From: a virus
Taxonomy: Duplodnaviria > Caudoviricetes
Direction: 5' to 3' (one strand)
Virus record (IMG/VR): IMGVR_UViG_2974707348_000001
Location: 32,001 to 96,000 of that record
DNA: 64,000 nt
Part shown: positions 15,512-26,971 of the stretch, one piece after another
How the letters are laid out: each line of letters begins with the position of its first letter
Position numbering within the stretch: the first letter of the stretch is position 1
Notes under the pieces: generated by a model
Seen by the model: the letters and a program-made list of their open reading frames with translations, nothing else
The model's database searches: none
Told to the model about the DNA's origin: nothing
Position numbers and translations under genes: made by a program

Positions 15512-17780
15512 TTGACAGAAAAAATTAGAAAGCTGAGTAATCGTGACCAAGCTCGTGAGAAGATTGCGGTATGGTACGGTTCAGCAGATAACTACCAACA
15601 TGGACTAAAAGAACTCCTAGCCAATGCAACAGATGAAATTATTAATAATTTTGAAGATGGGACTATTACGGTCAAGCTGAGTGCAGATGGCTCAACAGTA
15701 ACTGTTACAGATACTGGTCGAGGTATTCCAATTTCAGGCGAAACTGACGGAATCCCCAACTATGAATTGTTGTTTTTGACTCTCTTTGCAGGAACTAAGT
15801 ATGGAGATAGTGGTGTAACAAATGGAACTTATACAGGTTCAAATGGTGTAGGTACTACAGTTCTTAACTATACGTCAGTTCTTTTCGAAGTAACATCAAT
15901 TATTAAGGGAATTAAATACCATATTAAATTCACTAATGGTGGAGAAGTTACCGAAGAGTTAACAGAAGAAAAAACAAATGATACTGATGGAACAACTGTG
16001 ACGTTTTCACTTGACCCAGCAGTTTATACAAAGACAGTCTTTAAAGACGAAGATGTCCGTGAGATTGCACACCGATATGCTGTTAGTTCAAATAAGATTA
16101 CAGTTGACTATATTCATGGAGAGACTGAATTAAAATACCATTATACAGACTTGAAAGAATATTATTCAGAACTTACAGGTGCTGTCAATACAAGTGGGAT
16201 TGTCTTTGGTGATTTGGTTGAGTATCAAGATACAATTACAAGTAATCAACATGATGTTTTCACGTCTCATGAAGAATTAACTTCTCTTTCGATTGCATTA
16301 TCAACCTCAACAACACCAACACAAGAATCTTACTTGAACTTAAACTACTTACCTAATGGTGGCAAGATTAACGAAGGAATTATTAATGGTATTAAACTTT
16401 ACGTTAATAAATACTGTCGTGCAAATAATCTGTTTCCTAAGAAAGTCAATTCTTTTTCAGATTCAGATATTACAGAGTCATTTAGCTTTGTAGCTGTTAT
16501 GTTTTCAAACAATGTTGAGTTTGCAAATCAAACTAAATTCTCTACAAACAAAGAACTCTATAAAGAAGTTGCCAAGAGACGTGTTACACAAATCTTAGAA
16601 GTCACAGAAATTGAAGACCCTAAAAACTTCAAAGATATTATTAATCACCTACTTCTTGTTCAAAAAGAAAATACAGTCAATGCTAAACACAAAGAGAAAC
16701 TTAAAAAGAAATTGACTGAAAAGGTTGATTCAATGTCAAATCGTATTGATAAACTTGTTGATTCTCGTATTCATGGGGAAGAAGCAGAGCTTTATCTTGC
16801 GGAGGGAGACTCGGCTCATGGTTCAGTAGTTTTAGCTCGTGATAGTAGGTTCCAAGCAAGTATGCCTATGGGTGGTAAATTCCTTAACGTTGAAAAAGCA
16901 ATGAATATTGAAGACATTGTTAATAATGAAACAGTCATGAATGTAATTAAGGCTTTGGGGTGTGGGATTGATTTAGGTAAGAAACAAAAAGACTTACCTA
17001 AATTCGACATTACTAAGCTACGCTATGGGAAAATTATCTGTGCGTCAGATGAAGACCCAGATGGAGCGCAAATTCAATGTTTGATTATTACACTGTTCTA
17101 TAAGTTAATGCCAGAAATTATTCATACTGGTCGCCTATACTTGGCTCAAACACCTTTGTTCGAAATTAAGCTCAAAGATGATTCAGTTCTGTATGCTTAT
17201 ACAGATAAGGGACGTGATGAAATTCTAAAAGAACAAGGAAATAAAGTAGTTCAATATTCACGTTCCAAAGGGTAAGAGGAAATCCAAGCCCTTAACCACC
17301 TTTTCCAGTTATCACTGGGGTAATCATTATGATTGCTAACGAGGTAGCCTAAGTCTTTAAGATATGGTAATCTCGTGGGAAATTTTAAGTGTTTATTTTA
17401 TAAATTTGATTAGAAATTGGAAATCAATAATAGTTTAAATAAAATAAACACTTAAATAAACCTGTATCGACTATCGGCTTTGTCGCTGAGTACGCTAACT
17501 ATTGATACGTTAGTGGAAATGGGTGGATAACCATTTTTGGTTATTAAGAAATAGTCAGTGCCTGATGAAAAGAAGGATAATACACGTAGGAGAATTAGAT
17601 GCACATGTTATGGCTGAGACAGCAATGAATCCTGAGACTCGTCATTTGACACGTGTTACAATTGAAGATGCCAAAGAAGCTGAACAAGCTATTGTTGATT
17701 GGATGGGTAATGATGTTAGCAATCGTAAAGTATTCATTTCAAGAAACCTTAACAAATTTATTAAAGAAGGACTAGAATAA
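15512..17780 (+). CDS. gyrB: Type II topoisomerase subunit B (GyrB/ParE-like); exons 15512-17273 + 17587-17780 (start may be ATG 15500)
   Basis: GHKL motifs DTGRGIP and GSNGVG; TOPRIM EGDSA and DEDPDG; splicing restores KGLGEL. Confidence 0.9.
17274..17586 (+). mobile_element. Group I intron (313 nt, no ORF)
   Basis: P1 AAGGGT/GCCCTT with U.G, P7 GACTA/TAGTC, terminal G. Confidence 0.88.
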
Positions 17781-17781
17781 A

Positions 17782-19896
17782 ATGGAAATTGTAGAAAAAG
17801 GATTGCAACATATCGTGACCGACAATATGGGGCAATATTCAACATATGTATTGCTTTCACGTGCAATACCAGATTTTCGAGACGGATTAAAGCCATCTTA
17901 TCGAAGAATCTTATGGGCTATGCACGAAAAAAAAGCTACAAGATTCACTAAGTCTGCAAACATTGTGGGGGAAGCGATGCTTCTTCATCCTCATGGTTCA
18001 ACATATCCAACTATGGTTGGTATGACCCAAAAAGATAGCCAATTGAATCCTATGGTAATAGGAAAAGGAAACTTTGGACAACATGCAAGTGAATTAGCAT
18101 TTGGTGCTGAACGTTATACCGAAGTTAAACTTTCTGCTATTGGTCTTGATATGATGGCTGATGTTAAAAAAGACGGTGTTGACTTCGTAGACAATTATGA
18201 TGGTACACGTAAAATTCCAGAAGTTTTCCCAGTTAAATATCCAACTATCTTAGCATATGCTCAATCAGGAATTGGTGTAGGATTTAGTTCAAGTATTCCT
18301 TCGTTTAACACAACCGAATTGTGTGAAGCTATTATTAAACGAATTGAAGATAATGAACAGACATTGCTTATTCCCGACTTTGGTACTGGTGCTTATATTA
18401 TCAATGACCCTGATGTTATCAAGTCAATCAATGAAAATGGTAGTGGTTCAATCAATCAACGTGCTAAAGTTGAGTTTGATAAAGATAGCCGTGAGATTAT
18501 TGTTAAAGAAATTCCTTACGGAACAACAAAAGAGAAAATCATCGAACGTATTATTAAATTAAATAAAGAAGATAAGCTCAAAGAAGTTACTAAGGTGGAA
18601 GATGGGAGTGGATTGAAAGGTCTTGAAATTGTTATCACAGCTAAACGTGGTGTTGACCTTGAACAATTACTTGAAAAACTGTATCAGATGACACCTATGC
18701 AAGCAAGTTATTCTACTAACTTAATGGTTATTAATCGTCAAGGATTGCCAGAAAAGATGGGTGTATGGTCACTTATTGCTAAGTGGTTAGATTGGCGAAC
18801 AGATACATATCAACGCATGATTACGAAAGATATTCAAACTAAACAAGTACAGCTTGAAATTTTGTACGGACTGGAAAATATCAAAGATGATTTGGAACAT
18901 GTAATCAAAATTATTCGTAACTCTACAGATGATAATGTGATTCAAAATCTCTCTAGTGAGTTTAGCCTGACTAAACTTCAAGCAGAACGTGTTTCAGGGT
19001 TGAAACTTAAAAATCTTACAACTACTTTTATTAAGAAACAATTGAGTAATATTAAAAGTCTCGAAAAAGAAATTGAACAACTTGAATGGACAGTTGCAAA
19101 ACCTCAGCGTATTCATAAATTGATTGTTCAAGATATGAAAGATGTTATTGCTCAATTTGGAGCACCTCGTAAATCACAACTCATTGACAAATCTGTGGTA
19201 GCTAAGAAAGCAAAACTTTCCCCTGTAAATACTGTAGAAGAATATAATGTAAAAGTTATTGTAACTAAAGATGGTTATGTCAAAAAGATTCCCTTGACTT
19301 CTCTTCGTGGTAATGCAGAGATTCAATTTAAAGAAGGGGATGTCCCTACATCAGAAACTGATACTGACAATGGAGAAGAACTTCTTATCTTTACAAATAA
19401 ACAAAATGTTTATAAGAAACAACTTAATGATTTGAATGATACTAAACCCAAAGATTTGGGTAATTACATTCCATCTCTAATTGATTTAGAAAAGGGTGAA
19501 GAAATTAAGGGCATTATAACGCTTTCTAAGGACACCAAATACGTTCTTTTGGGATTTGAAGACGGAAAGGTCGCTAAAGTTAACGTAGAGGCTTATAGAA
19601 CGTCCACAAAGCGTTCTAAACTTAAGAACGGTGTGGTTGGTAAAATGATAGTTTTACTGACGACATTGACTGATGATGTGGACATTATGTCTATCTCTGA
19701 AAGTGATAAAGCTGTCGTTACTAACACATCTATGATTTCTGCTAAAAATTCTAAAGCAACACAAGGTATCACCAACCAAAAATTGAAAGTAGGAGAATCA
19801 ATTAAGAAGTTATTTGTTCTTCAAGAAGGTGATGAGGACAATCGAGAGTATTATCGTGTACAATCAGCAGGTGCTGGTAAGAAATTTAAAGGATAA
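17782..19896 (+). CDS. gyrA: Type II topoisomerase subunit A (GyrA/ParC-like)
   Basis: RAIPDFRDGLKP, HPHG, catalytic AERYTE, C-terminal pinwheel-like repeats. Confidence 0.92.
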   Translation: MEIVEKGLQHIVTDNMGQYSTYVLLSRAIPDFRDGLKPSYRRILWAMHEKKATRFTKSANIVGEAMLLHPHGSTYPTMVGMTQKDSQLNPMVIGKGNFGQHASELAFGAERYTEVKLSAIGLDMMADVKKDGVDFVDNYDGTRKIPEVFPVKYPTILAYAQSGIGVGFSSSIPSFNTTELCEAIIKRIEDNEQTLLIPDFGTGAYIINDPDVIKSINENGSGSINQRAKVEFDKDSREIIVKEIPYGTTKEKIIERIIKLNKEDKLKEVTKVEDGSGLKGLEIVITAKRGVDLEQLLEKLYQMTPMQASYSTNLMVINRQGLPEKMGVWSLIAKWLDWRTDTYQRMITKDIQTKQVQLEILYGLENIKDDLEHVIKIIRNSTDDNVIQNLSSEFSLTKLQAERVSGLKLKNLTTTFIKKQLSNIKSLEKEIEQLEWTVAKPQRIHKLIVQDMKDVIAQFGAPRKSQLIDKSVVAKKAKLSPVNTVEEYNVKVIVTKDGYVKKIPLTSLRGNAEIQFKEGDVPTSETDTDNGEELLIFTNKQNVYKKQLNDLNDTKPKDLGNYIPSLIDLEKGEEIKGIITLSKDTKYVLLGFEDGKVAKVNVEAYRTSTKRSKLKNGVVGKMIVLLTTLTDDVDIMSISESDKAVVTNTSMISAKNSKATQGITNQKLKVGESIKKLFVLQEGDEDNREYYRVQSAGAGKKFKG

Positions 19897-19899
19897 AAT

Positions 19900-20196
19900 A
19901 TGGAAGAAAAAATATTTGATATTATCAGAGGAGTTCTGATGACAGTTATCACAATCAGTTTGCTATTGGGCTATATTTGGTTTACTTTTGACTTAAATAT
20001 GCTTGCGTGGGGAACTATTCTTGGAGGAATTATGTTTCAGGGTACTATAGTTATGTTTATAATTGGTTTATGGTTAGGAATATTAAGCTATATCTTCTTC
20101 TTTGTTTTAGGTATGGCATTAATATTCTGGATATCAGTTTTATTTGATAAAATTGAAGAATATATTTTTGAAGAAAGGAAAATACGAAATGATTAA
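19900..20196 (+). CDS. Membrane protein
   Basis: Highly hydrophobic. Confidence 0.65.
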   Translation: MEEKIFDIIRGVLMTVITISLLLGYIWFTFDLNMLAWGTILGGIMFQGTIVMFIIGLWLGILSYIFFFVLGMALIFWISVLFDKIEEYIFEERKIRND

Positions 20197-20545
20197 AGTT
20201 TACCAATGTCGAGCACAAATTAATACACCCTATCTGACATCAAATTCACGTTCAGGGTTCTTTAAAAAAGGAGAAGACTTTCTTATGTATCGTAGTTCAA
20301 AAGGTACATGGGTTGTAAGTTCTCCGAAGAACTCAACAATGCACACAAATGCTATTCCAATCGAACATGCTTTGGATACTAAACACTCGTGGCTCTTAAA
20401 CCTTAATATCACGAGTATTGTGAATATTTTTGAAGCACCAAACAAGACACATCTACGTCATTCATTCACTCTATTCAAATACCCTAGCTTTGCAAATTTT
20501 GTCAATATAGAGAATTTTGAACTCAATCTTAAAGGAGAACAATAA
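20189..20545 (+). CDS. Hypothetical protein
   Basis: AAGGA RBS. Confidence 0.65.
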   Translation: MIKVYQCRAQINTPYLTSNSRSGFFKKGEDFLMYRSSKGTWVVSSPKNSTMHTNAIPIEHALDTKHSWLLNLNITSIVNIFEAPNKTHLRHSFTLFKYPSFANFVNIENFELNLKGEQ

Positions 20546-20694
20546 TGGATATTGTTAATTGTGAACATTGCAATAAAGAAATTGATTTAGACAAAGAATC
20601 TTATGACCGTAATGCAACAATGCGTTGTTTAAATCCCATCTGTTCAAAATGTGAAGATGGACTATGGGTAGAAGCCGAGGAGACTACAATATGA
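20545..20694 (+). CDS. Small Zn-ribbon protein (49 aa)
   Basis: AAGGAG RBS; CEHC...CSKC. Confidence 0.6.
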   Translation: MDIVNCEHCNKEIDLDKESYDRNATMRCLNPICSKCEDGLWVEAEETTI

Positions 20695-21002
20695 GAAAAC
20701 TAAAAGATGGTTATGTTTACCAAATCGAAGAAAAACTTGAAGATGTTATCAACAAATTAGATGTTATGCGTGAAGCTTTTCAACAATGTCGTGAACTGCA
20801 AGAAATCTATATTGATATATCAACAATAATTCAACAAGGACACTATAATGAACATCCAGAAGACTTAGAATTTGTTTATAGGAATGAAGAATTTGAGAAA
20901 ATTCTTGAAAAGTTTGAAGATACTTATGACACAGCCTTAGAAGAAGCATTTTTATCATTGAAAAAACTTGAACCACGAGACCATAAGGAGGTTCTTAAAT
21001 GA
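20691..21002 (+). CDS. Hypothetical acidic protein
   Basis: GAGGAG RBS. Confidence 0.65.
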   Translation: MRKLKDGYVYQIEEKLEDVINKLDVMREAFQQCRELQEIYIDISTIIQQGHYNEHPEDLEFVYRNEEFEKILEKFEDTYDTALEEAFLSLKKLEPRDHKEVLK

Positions 21003-21517
21003 ACAAAGTTAAAATTTATTTTGCAAGCCCACTCTTTTCAGATATGGAACGTTGGTTCAATACCGACATCGTTGACAGCTTACGATACGCTCTTCCTGAA
21101 AATGTAGAGATTTATCTACCACAGGAAAATGAAGCAATTAATGATAAGTCAGGATATGCAAACTCTGTAATGATTGCAGAAGCTGATACAAATGAACTGT
21201 TGGGTTCTGACTTTATTGTCGCTGTCCTAGACGGTGCAACAATTGATGTTGGTGTGGCTAGTGAAATTGGAGTTGCTTATGCTAAGGGTATTCCAGTTAT
21301 TGGTCTATATTCAGATTCACGTCAAGGTGCTTTTGGAAACACAAACAAAATCAATGCTCTTGAAGAAGTAGGGGAATCACAATTCTCTTATATTAACCTC
21401 TATACTGTAGGGTTAGTTAAATCTAACGGTACTCTATTTAAAGATGTTGGCGACTGGTTCAACTACATTGTTGACGAAGCTAAAAAATTATCAGAAGAAA
21501 AGGAAACAAATGACTAA
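20999..21517 (+). CDS. Nucleoside 2-deoxyribosyltransferase family protein
   Basis: IYFASPLFS, YLPQE, DVGVASEIGVAYA. Confidence 0.88.
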   Translation: MNKVKIYFASPLFSDMERWFNTDIVDSLRYALPENVEIYLPQENEAINDKSGYANSVMIAEADTNELLGSDFIVAVLDGATIDVGVASEIGVAYAKGIPVIGLYSDSRQGAFGNTNKINALEEVGESQFSYINLYTVGLVKSNGTLFKDVGDWFNYIVDEAKKLSEEKETND

Positions 21518-22169
21518 ACTAATTAACAAACCAGCATTTCAATATGCCTATATCTCGCTTATCGTACTTGCTCAATTAGTAGTACTCTTCACAGTTCAAA
21601 CACCTATTATTCAATGGGTATCGGGTCTTTCAGGTGCATTATATGTATCGACTCTAACGTTCAGTAAGAAATATACTTTCTTAGTAGCTCTTGTATTTAA
21701 TACGACAATGTTGTTTATTGGGATTCAACATGGCATCTTATCAGAAAGTATTCAACAACCACTATTTATGGCAATGGGTATCATTGGATTCATTCATATG
21801 AACTTCAAAGGACGATACAAATTTATTAACAATACCCTTCAACGAATTAAAAATATTGAAGTTTGGAAAATTCTCTTACTTAGTGTGGTTGTTATGATAG
21901 TATGGACTTTCATTTCTAAGGGTCTCGGTTCTCCTATTTGGTGGAAAGATGGAATCCTTGGTGGTGTAGCTATTTCAGCACAGTTATTCTCTATTGCAGG
22001 AAGCAAATATAGTTGGTTCTACTGGATGACATTAAACGCTCTTACAACTTGGACGTGGTTTACCTTAGCGACACCTAATGTTACTATGGGTGTTCTATAT
22101 CTAATCTTCCTTGTAAACTCAATCTTTGGTTACATTTTCTGGAATGTATCTAATAAAGAAAGCCTTTAA
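21510..22169 (+). CDS. pnuC: PnuC-family nucleoside/vitamin transporter
   Basis: About 7 TM segments, AQ..S...K...WFYW..LN pattern. Confidence 0.7.
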   Translation: MTKLINKPAFQYAYISLIVLAQLVVLFTVQTPIIQWVSGLSGALYVSTLTFSKKYTFLVALVFNTTMLFIGIQHGILSESIQQPLFMAMGIIGFIHMNFKGRYKFINNTLQRIKNIEVWKILLLSVVVMIVWTFISKGLGSPIWWKDGILGGVAISAQLFSIAGSKYSWFYWMTLNALTTWTWFTLATPNVTMGVLYLIFLVNSIFGYIFWNVSNKESL

Positions 22170-22218
22170 TGGGCTTTTTATTATGTCACTTGACAAACCA
22201 TGAAAAATATGGTATAAT
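22158..22218 (+). promoter_or_regulatory. Terminator plus sigmaA promoter for nrdD
   Basis: AAAGCCT-TTAAT-GGGCTTTTT; TTGACA(22190)-17-TATAAT. Confidence 0.8.
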
Positions 22219-22247
22219 ATAACTTGCATAGAAATTGGAGGAAATAG

Positions 22248-25200
22248 ATGGATAATTTATTTGTTGTTAAGAAAAGAACAGATGAGAAACAAGAAAGGGT
22301 GACGGAAGAGTGGAACTTTGATAAGGTAATTTCTGCCTGTCAAAAGTCAGCTCAACACATAGACAAACCTCTAAAGAAGGAACAAATCGCTAAGATTAAA
22401 TCCTTAGTAGAACTTGCCATTGCTAAGCGTCAAGATGATATTTTAGCTGATACAGATACTCAACATGAAGATAAACTTCATTACATTAATGTTCGTGAAA
22501 TTCACGATATTGTTTTGTCAGCTCTTAAACAAGTTGATACTGATATTTATGATTCATATCATGAATATCGAAATTATAAAATATCGCAAGATAAGCATTA
22601 TCGTGAACTATACAAGGATTTAGACAGTCTTAAGAATGGAATTTATACTGAGAATGCAAACAAAGATAGCTCTATTAATTCAACCAAGCGTTCTCTTCTT
22701 GCTGAAATGACTCAGAAGAAAATTGTGACTGACTTTATTCTTCAAAAGAACTGGGCTAAGGCTCATGAAGAAGGATGGATTTATATTCATGACTTAGGAG
22801 ATTTGTACTGGCGAACATTCAATTGCGACAACGTTGATTTAGCAAATATCATTAAGACTAAAAAGCAAAAAGATGGAGAGTATGCTTTTACTTTAAATGG
22901 TATTAAATATCCTGAACCTAAATCAATTAGTGCAGCATTCAATTTAGTGGCGGATTTGATTTTACAAATGTCTAGCCAACAATTCGGTTTAACAAAATCA
23001 GTCTAGCGACTACCAAACTGCCGAATCAAAACAGTGTTAACCTATCACAATAGGGGTCTTGATTAACATCAAGGCTAACGAGGAAGGGTTGGAATGGCTT
23101 AATCTCGTGATTATATAGAAAGTGGAATACTTTAATGGAAAATAAAAAACAATTTAATGACTTTAAAGATATAATTATCAAACTCTACGAAAAAGAAGGA
23201 AAATCAATTAAATATATTAGTAATCTCTTGGGCTTTGGAAGAAGCAATTTATCCAAACAAATTCAAGAGTGGGGGTTGATAGAAAGCCAAAATAAACATT
23301 TAAAACCATCTACGGTTAAATTTATCAACAAGCACAGAACGATGATAAAAAGTAGATTAGATAATGATGTAACTATTGCGAACATAGCTAGAGAGTTACA
23401 GGTAAAAGCAAACTATTTGTCTGTTACGATTATTCGAAATGATATGGTTTTGGAAAAAGCTAATGATGATAGACTTAAGCGTTCACATATTAGAAAACAA
23501 GCTAGAATAGAAGAACTAAAAGAGAAATCTTGTCTCACATATGATTTTAAAGATTTAGACAATGAGGAGTGGAGAGAGATTTTAGGATATCCAAACTACT
23601 TTGTATCAAATTTTGGTAGATTTAAAAAATATATGAAAAGTTCAGAAAGTTTTATTCTTATGAAAAAGACATATAATAAAGCGGTAGAGTATAATTATAT
23701 TAGTATGATTAATGATAAAAACAAACGAAAAAATCTTAGAGCTTGTAGAGTTGTTGGATTTGCATTTGTCGATGGATTTTCTAAAGAGAAAAATACAATT
23801 AATCATATTAATGGGGACAAAACAAATGACTCATCTTCTAATTTAGAATGGATTTCACAGCATGACAACAATCCTCATAGTCATAGAGTGTTGAATAGAG
23901 CTGTTAATAAAAACAAAAAGAGATATGAAAAAATAGTTTATAAAGAAAAGTATGAATTTAAGACAGTTATAGGTCTTGCAAAGTTCCTAGGGGTTTCTGA
24001 AGCGCAAGCTCATAGATTATTAAAACAGTCTCCTGACATATATTATACCCTTAAAGATAAAAAATAAATAATTTTCCAGAATATAATTGTAACGACTATA
24101 TATAAATATATTTAGAATCATCATAGGATGATTCGAAACACACTGATAGATAAACACAAATATCTATAAGAAATAGTCTAAGGTAGGGTTGGAACACAAA
24201 CCTCCCTATTCTTGGGTTTTAGTGTCCAGAACTTTGACCATCTTCTAGCACCTTATGCGGAATTAACTTACGATAAATCATTCAAAAGATATATGGAAAA
24301 GGGAATTGCATATAATACAGCACGTGAAATGGCAGAAGAAGATACTCTTTATGCAATAAAACAAGGTGTTCAAGGGTTTGAACTTGAAATAAGTACTGTT
24401 TCTAATGCGTTGGGACAAATTCCATTTACATCAATTGGTTTTGGGTTAGATACATCAAAATGGGGTCGTGAAATTACTCGTGCTTTCTTGCTTGAGCGTT
24501 CTGAACCAGATTGTGTACTTGTCTTTCCTAAATTAATCTTTGCTAGTGCGAAAGAAGTCAACTTAAATCCTGATTCACCTAACTATGATTTATTCCAATT
24601 GGCTATTAAATGCAGTTCAACTAAACTATATCCTGACTATGTTTCAATGGATAATGGTATTCTTGCACCTGCATACAGTCGTCATAAAGATGACTTAAAC
24701 CAAATTTTATCAGTACCAATGGGATGCCGCTCGTATAACAATGTTGAGTTTATTAATCCCTTAGAGGATTCAGAAGACTTCCAAAAAGAAGTTTATAAAG
24801 GACGTGGAAATGTTGGTGTAGTAACAATTAATTTCCCTAAAATTGCCATAGAATCAGGTGGTGATTGGAATAAATTCTATGAATTACTACATAAGTATAC
24901 CAATATGACGATGGATATCTTAGATTGGAGATATAATTATGCTGGAGAAGCTAGAGCAGAAAGCAATCCTCTCATGTGGATGGAAGGTGGAGCATGGAGA
25001 CGACTCAATCACGATGAAAAAATCTCTAAAACAATCTTTAATTTCACTGCCTCTGTTGGCATAATTGGGTTCAATGAAGCTTTGAACTACATGTATTTGA
25101 ATAATGGGTATGAAGTTGATAACTTACCAAACTACAAGAGTGGTGAACAACGTCAACAAGACCAAATAAAATTCATGGAAGTCCTTAATTCAATTAAAGA

Positions 25201-26971
25201 ATTTAGAAATATCCATGACGCTGTTCGTATTGACGAAGATGGTGTTCAAACTCGTGTTTGGGATGAAGAAGGAAACTTTGTTCACCCAGACCCTGACAAG
25301 AAATATCTTGAAGTTTATGAAGGTTTAGACACGACACACAAAACAACTATTATTCCTCGTATGTATTCTATCTATGGAACACCTGCTGAATCTCTTGTGT
25401 ATAAAATGATGAAGCAATTACAAAAACAGTATGGATTCATCAATGGTATTACAGCTCAAGAAGATGGAAAAGGACGTAATTATATTACCAACTCATTCCA
25501 CCAACCAGTGTGGGAAAAATCTAATATTTTTGATAAGATTGATTTTGAAGCACCTTTCCATTTGGATAAAATGGCAAGTGGTGGACATATCAGTCAAAAT
25601 GAATTTGCATATGGTACACCAGTAACAGTTCTTGAACAAACTGTGCGTTATGCAATGGAGAAGGGAATGTACTATGGCATCAATATTGCATCTAGTCATT
25701 GTTTTGATTGTGGATGGAATGGTGAAACAGCAGACACCTGTGCTGAGTGTGGCTCAGAGAATGTAGTAACAATTCAGCGTGTTTGTTTTACAGGAGAAAA
25801 TCTTGTGTTTACCGACAAAGGATACGTAAAAATCAAAGATATCAAAGAGGGTGACAAGGTTTGGACAATGAATAAGAGATTTAAGCCTGTCGTTCAAGTT
25901 GGTAAAAAAGAAGTAGAAAAAACAATTAATCTTAAAATTTCAGGAACAGAAGATGTTGTATCAACTTTAGACCATCCTTTCTTTGCTAAAAAAGATAAAA
26001 ATTCAGAAACAGAATTAATCGAAGCACAAAACCTAACAAAAGACTCTTATATTGCAGTACCAATCAATCAAGAATCTATTGTTCCGAAAGTAGAAGGACT
26101 ACCTGTTGAAGATAAAGATTTCTGGTGGTTGGTTGGTCGTTATTTGGGTGATGGTTGGGTCAAACAACATAGTGAAAACTCTATTAGAAGTTATATTTGT
26201 GTTGGAAAAGATGATTCTAATGGTATTGAAAAAATTCAATATGTAATAGATAAATTTAACCTTGGTTATACAGATAGAAAAGAGGCTCGGACAACATATA
26301 CATGGTCTACATTTGATAAAACATTTAATAATTTTATGAAACAAATGGGACATGGAGCTGAAAATAAACAGATTCCTGTAGAATGGCTCAATCTACCTAT
26401 TGATTTGGCGAGAGAACTTCTTTATGGATATCTTTCTGCTGATGGGTGCGTTCATAATAATAAACAAATTTGTAATTCTGTTTCTCGTAAATTGTTATAT
26501 GGAATTGGACAACTTGTATTAAAAGTTGAAAACAAAGGATATACCATTTACAAAAATAGAGATGCTGGAACTATGGAGATAGAAGGTAGAACAGTAAACA
26601 CTAAAGCTAGATATGACCTAAAATTCTCTTTAGGAAAACCAACTATGAGTTTTGTTCAAAATGGTTATGCCTTCTTTAGAGTTAGAGGTTCTGAAATTGT
26701 AGAAAAAAATGATACAGTTTACTCTTTGACGGTTTTAGATGATGCAAGTTATACAATTCAAAATTTACTTGTTAAGAATTGCGGTTATCTTTCTATTACA
26801 TCACGTAACGGACATAGTGTTGTCAATGCTGGTAAGACAGAGGAATTACTTGAACGTGTTAATCACGTTGGAAATGCTAAAAAAGAATATACTAAAAACT
26901 TTGAGAAAAAACATGACATACAAAGAGATGTTGTATCTAAAGAGTTCTCAATGTTTGAATCGGGGGAATAG
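22248..26971 (+). CDS. nrdD: Anaerobic (class III) ribonucleotide reductase; exons 22248-22988 + 24215-26971, contains an intein
   Basis: ATP cone, ENANKD, IHDL, QQFG|GFS, MGCRS, TPAESL, YITNSFH, CxxC pairs, RV|CGY. Confidence 0.93.
22989..24214 (+). mobile_element. Group I intron with HNH ORF
   Basis: P1 TTCGGT/GCCGAA, P7 GACTA/TAGTC, terminal G; restores QQFGGF. Confidence 0.88.
23135..24067 (+). CDS. Intron-encoded NUMOD4-HNH endonuclease with N-terminal HTH region
   Basis: EEWREILGYPNYFVSNFGR, INHINGDKTNDSSSNLEW. Confidence 0.85.
   Translation: MENKKQFNDFKDIIIKLYEKEGKSIKYISNLLGFGRSNLSKQIQEWGLIESQNKHLKPSTVKFINKHRTMIKSRLDNDVTIANIARELQVKANYLSVTIIRNDMVLEKANDDRLKRSHIRKQARIEELKEKSCLTYDFKDLDNEEWREILGYPNYFVSNFGRFKKYMKSSESFILMKKTYNKAVEYNYISMINDKNKRKNLRACRVVGFAFVDGFSKEKNTINHINGDKTNDSSSNLEWISQHDNNPHSHRVLNRAVNKNKKRYEKIVYKEKYEFKTVIGLAKFLGVSEAQAHRLLKQSPDIYYTLKDKK
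25784..26779 (+). mobile_element. Intein in NrdD (332 aa, LAGLIDADG)
   Basis: CFTGE...TLDHPF...LVGRYLGDG...LLYGYLSADG...VKN|C. Confidence 0.92.

Noticed and set aside
17523-17586. N-terminus of the 85-aa ORF
   Set aside because: Intron sequence; only 17587 onward is topoisomerase exon 2. The same applies to the ORF-track starts at 24212, 30894, 32006 and 38947, which are intron-derived or internal codons.
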